Shown piece by piece: positions 59,100 to 64,000 of a stretch of 64,000 nucleotides of DNA. Where the stretch lies: the NCBI GenBank assembly GCA_965197645.1, contig OZ240219.1:3104001-3168000 (forward strand), read 5' to 3'. The notes under the pieces were generated by a model. It was not told the origin of the DNA. It saw nothing but the letters and a program-made list of their open reading frames with translations, and did no database searches. This DNA comes from Dehalococcoidia bacterium. GTDB lineage: Bacteria; Chloroflexota; Dehalococcoidia; Plut-88900. Numbering within the stretch: position 1 is the first letter of the stretch; each line of letters begins with the position of its first letter. The position numbers were made by a program, and so were the translations under genes.

Positions 59100-59849
59100 A
59101 TGAAACTGAAAGACCACGTGACGGTAGTCACGGGAAGCAGCCGGGGTATAGGCAAAGCCATAGCGTTGGGGTACGCCCAGGAGGGAGCCAAGGTGGTGGT
59201 AACGGCCAGGACTGAGGCTTCCGACCAGAGCAAGCTGCCCGGCACTATCCACCACACCGCCGAGGAGATCAAAGCGGCGGGCGGCGACTGCCTCGCAATC
59301 CGCTGCGACCTCAGCAACGAAGATGATGTCGACCAGCTCGTCGATCGGGTGGTGGAGCATTACGGCCGCCTTGACGTTATCGTCAACAATGCCGCAATCA
59401 TCCTCCACACGCCGGTCGTCGACACGAAAATCAAGCACTGGAGGCTGATGGTAAAGATCAACCTGGAATCTCCGGTTATCCTGTGCCAGAAGGCGATCCC
59501 CCACATGATCGAGCAGGGGGGCGGCAGCATTATCAACATCAGCTCCGAGTCGGCCACCGATTACGAAGGGGGCACCCACCTCTACGGGGCCGCGGATGCA
59601 GCCATCGACAGGTTCTCCCGGGGTCTGGCCCACGAGCTGAAAGAGCACAACATCGCCGTGAACTCGCTGGACCCGGGAAGGGTGAAGACAGAAGGCGCTC
59701 TCTACACCTTCCCTCCCGACACCGATTGGACGGGATGGAAAGAGCCCGCAGAGGTGGCGCCGTCGGCCGTATACCTCGCCGATCCTGCCAACAGGTCCTA
59801 TACCGGCCAAGTGGTCTGCGCCGACGACTTTGGCACGGCGTGGCCCTAA
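59100..59849 (+). CDS. SDR family oxidoreductase
   Basis: TGSSRGIG, NNA, NISS; YxxxK altered to YGAAD. Confidence 0.9.
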   Translation: MKLKDHVTVVTGSSRGIGKAIALGYAQEGAKVVVTARTEASDQSKLPGTIHHTAEEIKAAGGDCLAIRCDLSNEDDVDQLVDRVVEHYGRLDVIVNNAAIILHTPVVDTKIKHWRLMVKINLESPVILCQKAIPHMIEQGGGSIINISSESATDYEGGTHLYGAADAAIDRFSRGLAHELKEHNIAVNSLDPGRVKTEGALYTFPPDTDWTGWKEPAEVAPSAVYLADPANRSYTGQVVCADDFGTAWP

Positions 59850-59855
59850 GAACGA

Positions 59856-60737
59856 GTGGTGGTCAACCCTAACAACAGCCCCCAGGCTTTCAAAGCGGAA
59901 GTTGGAAACACAACCATCCACTACGTGACGGCGGGCTCCGGCGAACCCGTGGTCCTACTCCACGGCCTGGGCACCTCGGTCTATTCCTGGCACAGGAACA
60001 TCGGCCCTCTTTCTCAACGGTATCGGGTCATAGCTCCGGACCTGCCGGGCCACGGCTATTCGGTCAACCACGATGGCCGATACGAGCTGCCCTCCGCGCT
60101 GGAGTTCCTGGACGGTTTCCTGGACCACCTCGATATCTCCCGGGTCAATCTAGTCGGCAGCTCGATGGGCGGATGCATCGCTCTCAGGGCATCGTTGGAC
60201 CTGCCCCGTCGGGTGCGGAGGTTGGTGCTGGTGAGCAGCGCGGGACTAGGTCGAGAGGTAGCTTATTTCCTCCGCCTGACCGGTCTTCCGGGAGTGGGAA
60301 AGCGGTTGTCAAAGCCGAGCCGGAAGAAGACTTTGTGGTCCTTGAAACGCCTTGTCTACGATCACTCGTTGATTACCGATGAATTGATCGACGAGTGTCA
60401 CCGGTATCGAGCGATGTCCGGCGCTAACCACACCACCGCCAAGGTCCTTCGCTACGGCGTCGACGTGCTGGGCCAGAAGGACCGGGTTATCATGTTGGAC
60501 CGCCTGGGGGAGCTCGACATTCCGGTGCAGATCGTCTGGGGAGCGCAGGACCGGTTCATTCCGCTGAGGCACGGCTACGCCGCCCTTGAACGTATCCGAA
60601 ATGCCAAGCTCCACATTTTCGACCGGTGCGGTCACTGGCCCCACATGGAGAAGGCCGATGCCTTCAACCTCACGGTCTCGCAGTTTCTGGACGAGAGCGG
60701 GGCGGAAGAGGACGCCGTATCCACGACGGCGGCGTAG
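59856..60737 (+). CDS. Alpha/beta fold hydrolase
   Basis: LLHG, DLPGHG, GSSMGG, WG..D, GHWPH.E. Confidence 0.9.
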   Translation: MVVNPNNSPQAFKAEVGNTTIHYVTAGSGEPVVLLHGLGTSVYSWHRNIGPLSQRYRVIAPDLPGHGYSVNHDGRYELPSALEFLDGFLDHLDISRVNLVGSSMGGCIALRASLDLPRRVRRLVLVSSAGLGREVAYFLRLTGLPGVGKRLSKPSRKKTLWSLKRLVYDHSLITDELIDECHRYRAMSGANHTTAKVLRYGVDVLGQKDRVIMLDRLGELDIPVQIVWGAQDRFIPLRHGYAALERIRNAKLHIFDRCGHWPHMEKADAFNLTVSQFLDESGAEEDAVSTTAA

Positions 60738-60793
60738 TCCCTCCATTCGTCTCCGGTCCAATTTCAACGAGAGGCCCGGTATATAGTGACGGT

Positions 60794-61660
60794 ATGGGCC
60801 TCATCAACAAAGTCGTAATCCCAGCGGCGGGTCGGGGGACCCGGTTCCTACCAACGACCAAGGCCGTGCCCAAGGAGCTGATTCCCCTCTTGGACAAACC
60901 AGTGATCCACTACGGGGTCGAAGAGGCGGGAAACTCCGGTATCACTCAAGCCATCGTGGTCACGTCTACCGGTAAGGGGGCTATCGAAGAGTATTTCAGG
61001 TCCAACCCGGACCTGGAAGAGCTGCTCAGGGACAAAGGCCGCATTGAGCTGCTGCAAGATGTCCAAGAGGCATCGAGTCTGGCCGAGATGCAGTACGTGA
61101 TACAGGAGGAGCAGCTGGGTCTCGGCCACGCTATCCTGGTCGCCGCCGATGCCGTTGGCAAAGAGCCTTTCGCCGTCCTTCTTCCCGATGATGTCATTCC
61201 CGGTGAGGTGCCTGTCCTCAAGCAGATGCTGGACCTGTACCGGCGTTACGAGGCCAGCATCGTCGCTGTTGAGAAGGTCACTCCCGAGCAGGTGTCGGGA
61301 TACGGCATCGTGAGTCCAGAAGAGGAAGTAGCGCCCGGCTTCTACAAGCTGAACGGGCTGGTCGAGAAGCCAAGTCTGCAAGATGCACCATCGGACCTGG
61401 GTATCGTCGGCCGGTATGTCTTCACCCCCGCCATATTCGATGCACTAAGGGAAACGAGACCCGGTGCCCTGGGCGAGCTCCAGCTAACCGATGGCATGGC
61501 CAACCTTCTGAAATCAGAGCCGCTCTACGCCTACCAGCTCCAAACCGTCCGCCACGATGCCGGCACTCCCCTGGGCCTCATCAAGGCCTCGATACAGATG
61601 GGGCTGAGAGACGAAGCCATCGGCGGAGGACTGCGGGAATTTCTGGATAGCATGCACTGA
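60794..61660 (+). CDS. galU: UTP--glucose-1-phosphate uridylyltransferase
   Basis: PAAGRGTRFLP.TKA.PKE, LGLGHA, VEKP, ELQLTD. Confidence 0.95.
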   Translation: MGLINKVVIPAAGRGTRFLPTTKAVPKELIPLLDKPVIHYGVEEAGNSGITQAIVVTSTGKGAIEEYFRSNPDLEELLRDKGRIELLQDVQEASSLAEMQYVIQEEQLGLGHAILVAADAVGKEPFAVLLPDDVIPGEVPVLKQMLDLYRRYEASIVAVEKVTPEQVSGYGIVSPEEEVAPGFYKLNGLVEKPSLQDAPSDLGIVGRYVFTPAIFDALRETRPGALGELQLTDGMANLLKSEPLYAYQLQTVRHDAGTPLGLIKASIQMGLRDEAIGGGLREFLDSMH

Positions 61661-61755
61661 GTTGGCCCCATCCCGGCGCAGAACACCCAACGGTCCCTCG
61701 GCTTCATGACGGCGGTCTGCGCCCTCGATCTTGATCAACGGACACGTAAGTCTCG

Positions 61756-63048
61756 ATGACTGATAAATCCGAAAAAGCTTCCCTCTGGAAACTGATCAGG
61801 TCGCGCAACTTCAGCCTGCTGTGGGGGGCCGGAGGTCTATCTGCCATCGGCGACCAGTTCGATCTGATTGCGTTCCCTTGGCTGGTGCTGGTTGTCACCG
61901 GAGACCCCCTGGCGATTGGCCTTGTCATAGCGGTGGGCAACATTCCCACTTTCTTCTTCTTGCTCTTGGGCGGGTCGCTCGTCGATCGGTTCTCACCGCG
62001 CATCATGATGCTGACCAGCGACGGCATACGGGTTGTGCTGTGTGCATCTCTGGCCGCTCTGATCCTGACCGATATCACCTACCTGTGGCTTATATACCTG
62101 TTCGCGTTACTCAAGGGAATCACGGACTCCTTCTACTATCCCGCACATTTTGCGATACTGCCGCGCATAGTGCCTATGGGCCTGTTGCGACAGTCCAACG
62201 CCGTTGTGCTTACAACGACCGAGCTTAGCAGCTTCATAGGCCCTGCGCTGGCCGGCGGCCTCATAGCGTTGTTCAGCGGCGGCCCGGCCTCCGCGTCCAG
62301 CGCGGACAAGACCGGCATAGGGCTGGCGTTCGCCGTGGCGGTAGTCCCCTTCGCGGTCTCGGCGCTGATGCTTCTGCTGATGCGAATGAATGACTCCGGC
62401 CCCGAAGTATCCAGCAAAGACGTAGAGGGGACTGGGGTGCTGGCGTCCATTGGGCAGGGGCTTCGGTACGTGGGCGCAGACGGAGCTATGCTCGCTGCTT
62501 TCCTGCTCATCGCCGGGGTGGACCTTCTCATAGAAGGGCCGCTGATAGTGGGACTGCCGATTCTGGCGGATACTAGGCTTGCGGAAGGCGCGTTGGCATT
62601 GGGAGTCATCACTTCCGCATTTGCCGGAGGATCGGTACTCGGCGCTGTCCTGGCGGGTACACTACCCGCACCGGGTCGTGGACTGGGGCCCATCTTCGTT
62701 ATACTCACCGCTCTATCCGGCTTGCTCATGATGCCTGTCGGGTTTCTGGGAGCGATGTGGGCGGCGGCGGGCATCGCGTTGGGGATTGGGTTGACGGCAG
62801 GACACGTGGACATCTTGTTCACGTCGTGGCTTCAGGGCCGCGTGCAGCGGGCGATGCTGGGCCGGGTGATGAGCCTGCTGATGGTCGTAACGGTTGGACT
62901 ATCGCCTATCTCTATCGCGGCTTCGGGTGCGCTGATAAGGCTGAGCCTGGAATGGGTAATCTTCGGCGCGGGCGCCCTGATGGCGATGTTCACCCTCGCC
63001 CTGGGCCTGCGGCGTGAAATACGCACGATAAGAATGACCGAGAAATAG
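61756..63048 (+). CDS. MFS transporter (DHA3/macrolide-efflux-like)
   Basis: RNF.LLW, GGSLVDRF, GP.LAG, LQ..V....LGRV.S. Confidence 0.88.
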   Translation: MTDKSEKASLWKLIRSRNFSLLWGAGGLSAIGDQFDLIAFPWLVLVVTGDPLAIGLVIAVGNIPTFFFLLLGGSLVDRFSPRIMMLTSDGIRVVLCASLAALILTDITYLWLIYLFALLKGITDSFYYPAHFAILPRIVPMGLLRQSNAVVLTTTELSSFIGPALAGGLIALFSGGPASASSADKTGIGLAFAVAVVPFAVSALMLLLMRMNDSGPEVSSKDVEGTGVLASIGQGLRYVGADGAMLAAFLLIAGVDLLIEGPLIVGLPILADTRLAEGALALGVITSAFAGGSVLGAVLAGTLPAPGRGLGPIFVILTALSGLLMMPVGFLGAMWAAAGIALGIGLTAGHVDILFTSWLQGRVQRAMLGRVMSLLMVVTVGLSPISIAASGALIRLSLEWVIFGAGALMAMFTLALGLRREIRTIRMTEK

Positions 63049-63064
63049 ACCAACTGCCCCGTCG

Positions 63065-63132
63065 CTCGCAACGACGGCGTTGTCATTGCGAGCTCCGACT
63101 TTGTCGGGGCGTGGCAATCTAGCCAGGTTTGG
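63065..63132 (+). repeat. REP-like module C with adjacent inverted half-site
   Basis: CTCGCAACGAC(63065-75) then GTCATTGCGAGCTCCGACTTTGTCGGGGCGTGGCAATCTAGC(63082-). Confidence 0.85.
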
Positions 63133-63220
63133 CCGAACGGGGTTTTCGGCACTCAGTTAGTACTGAGAGACGGGCTCGGGGAGTGATTACTGGTACCGGG
63201 GCACCCGATACGGCTACCGG

Positions 63221-64000
63221 CTACTTCCCCACCTTCAGTATGGACATGAAGGCCTCCTGGGGAATCTCCACGTTGCCCACCCGCTTCATCCGCTTCTTGC
63301 CCTCGGCCTGTTTCTCCAACAGCTTCCGCTTGCGGGTAACGTCGCCGCCGTAGCACTTGGCCAGAACGTTCTTCCGAAGCTGCTTTATCGTCTCCCGGGC
63401 GATTATCTTGTTGCCGATGGCAGCCTGGAGGGGCACGTCGAAAAGCTGGCGAGGAATCAGGCTGCGAAGGGATTGGACCAGCGCCCGGCCCCGGTGGTAG
63501 GCCTGCTCCGAATGCACGATGAGCGATAGTGCGTCCACCGGCTGTTCGTTTACCAGGACGTCCAGCTTGACCATCTGTGCTTTCCTGTACTCCAGGAAGG
63601 TGTAGTCCAAGGTGGCGTACCCCCGGGTGCTGGACTTGAGGTGGTCGTAGAAATCGACCAGCATCTCCGATAGAGGCATCTCGAACTCCAGCACAACCCG
63701 TCGTTGGCCCTGCGCTACTGAGTCCGTATGGCCTGCCCCCAGGTAGTCCATCTTGGCGTAAACGCCTCGCCTGGCTTTCACCAGCTCCATGACCGGACCG
63801 ATGTACCTGTCCGGCGTGACGATGCTTAGCTCCAGCCACGGCTCCTCTATCGATTCGATCTCCTGGTGGGGCGGCATATCGGCAGGGGACTCTATGATCC
63901 GCTCACCGCCCGTGTCCAGGTTCAGCTTGTAGGCTACGCTGGGAGAGGTGGTGATAAGGTCCAGCCGGTACTCTCTTTCCAACCGCTCCTGTACTATCTC
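63221..64000 (-). CDS. lepA: Elongation factor 4 (LepA), 3' part; 5' end outside window
   Basis: [39 protein letters not shown]. Confidence 0.96.
   Translation of the reverse strand, partial: EIVQERLEREYRLDLITTSPSVAYKLNLDTGGERIIESPADMPPHQEIESIEEPWLELSIVTPDRYIGPVMELVKARRGVYAKMDYLGAGHTDSVAQGQRRVVLEFEMPLSEMLVDFYDHLKSSTRGYATLDYTFLEYRKAQMVKLDVLVNEQPVDALSLIVHSEQAYHRGRALVQSLRSLIPRQLFDVPLQAAIGNKIIARETIKQLRKNVLAKCYGGDVTRKRKLLEKQAEGKKRMKRVGNVEIPQEAFMSILKVGK

Overview
High-GC bacterial chromosome segment whose gene content and protein styles suggest Chloroflexota (Dehalococcoidia/SAR202-like; inference). It is mostly housekeeping: dprA-topA-xerC-aroQ-pepP-efp; purN; tig-clpP-clpX; aspS; a sigma70 factor; folD/metF; acpS-nnr-coaX-coaBC; valS; prs-secA-polX; a dnaJ-hspR-clp operon divergent from hsp20; thrC-like/NIL/MoaD; alaS-ruvX-aroE-aroC-aroKB; otsA; galU; and the 3' part of lepA. 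No tRNA, rRNA, CRISPR array or transposase was recognised. The main non-routine signals are: (1) an AT-richer DUF3800 (RNase H-like) gene after valS, broken by one TAA at its conserved Gln and followed directly by a compact three-way-junction/pseudoknot RNA, a candidate protein+ncRNA module; (2) a 143-bp MITE with terminal inverted repeats and a 4-bp target duplication, one copy of which splits a glyoxalase gene, within a larger modular repeat family; (3) a ~200-nt highly structured, pseudoknotted leader upstream of otsA that matches no riboswitch I recognise; (4) a near-perfect 144-bp tandem duplication in topA; (5) several proteins with non-canonical catalytic or metal-binding residues. All calls are by eye from motifs; no database search was run.
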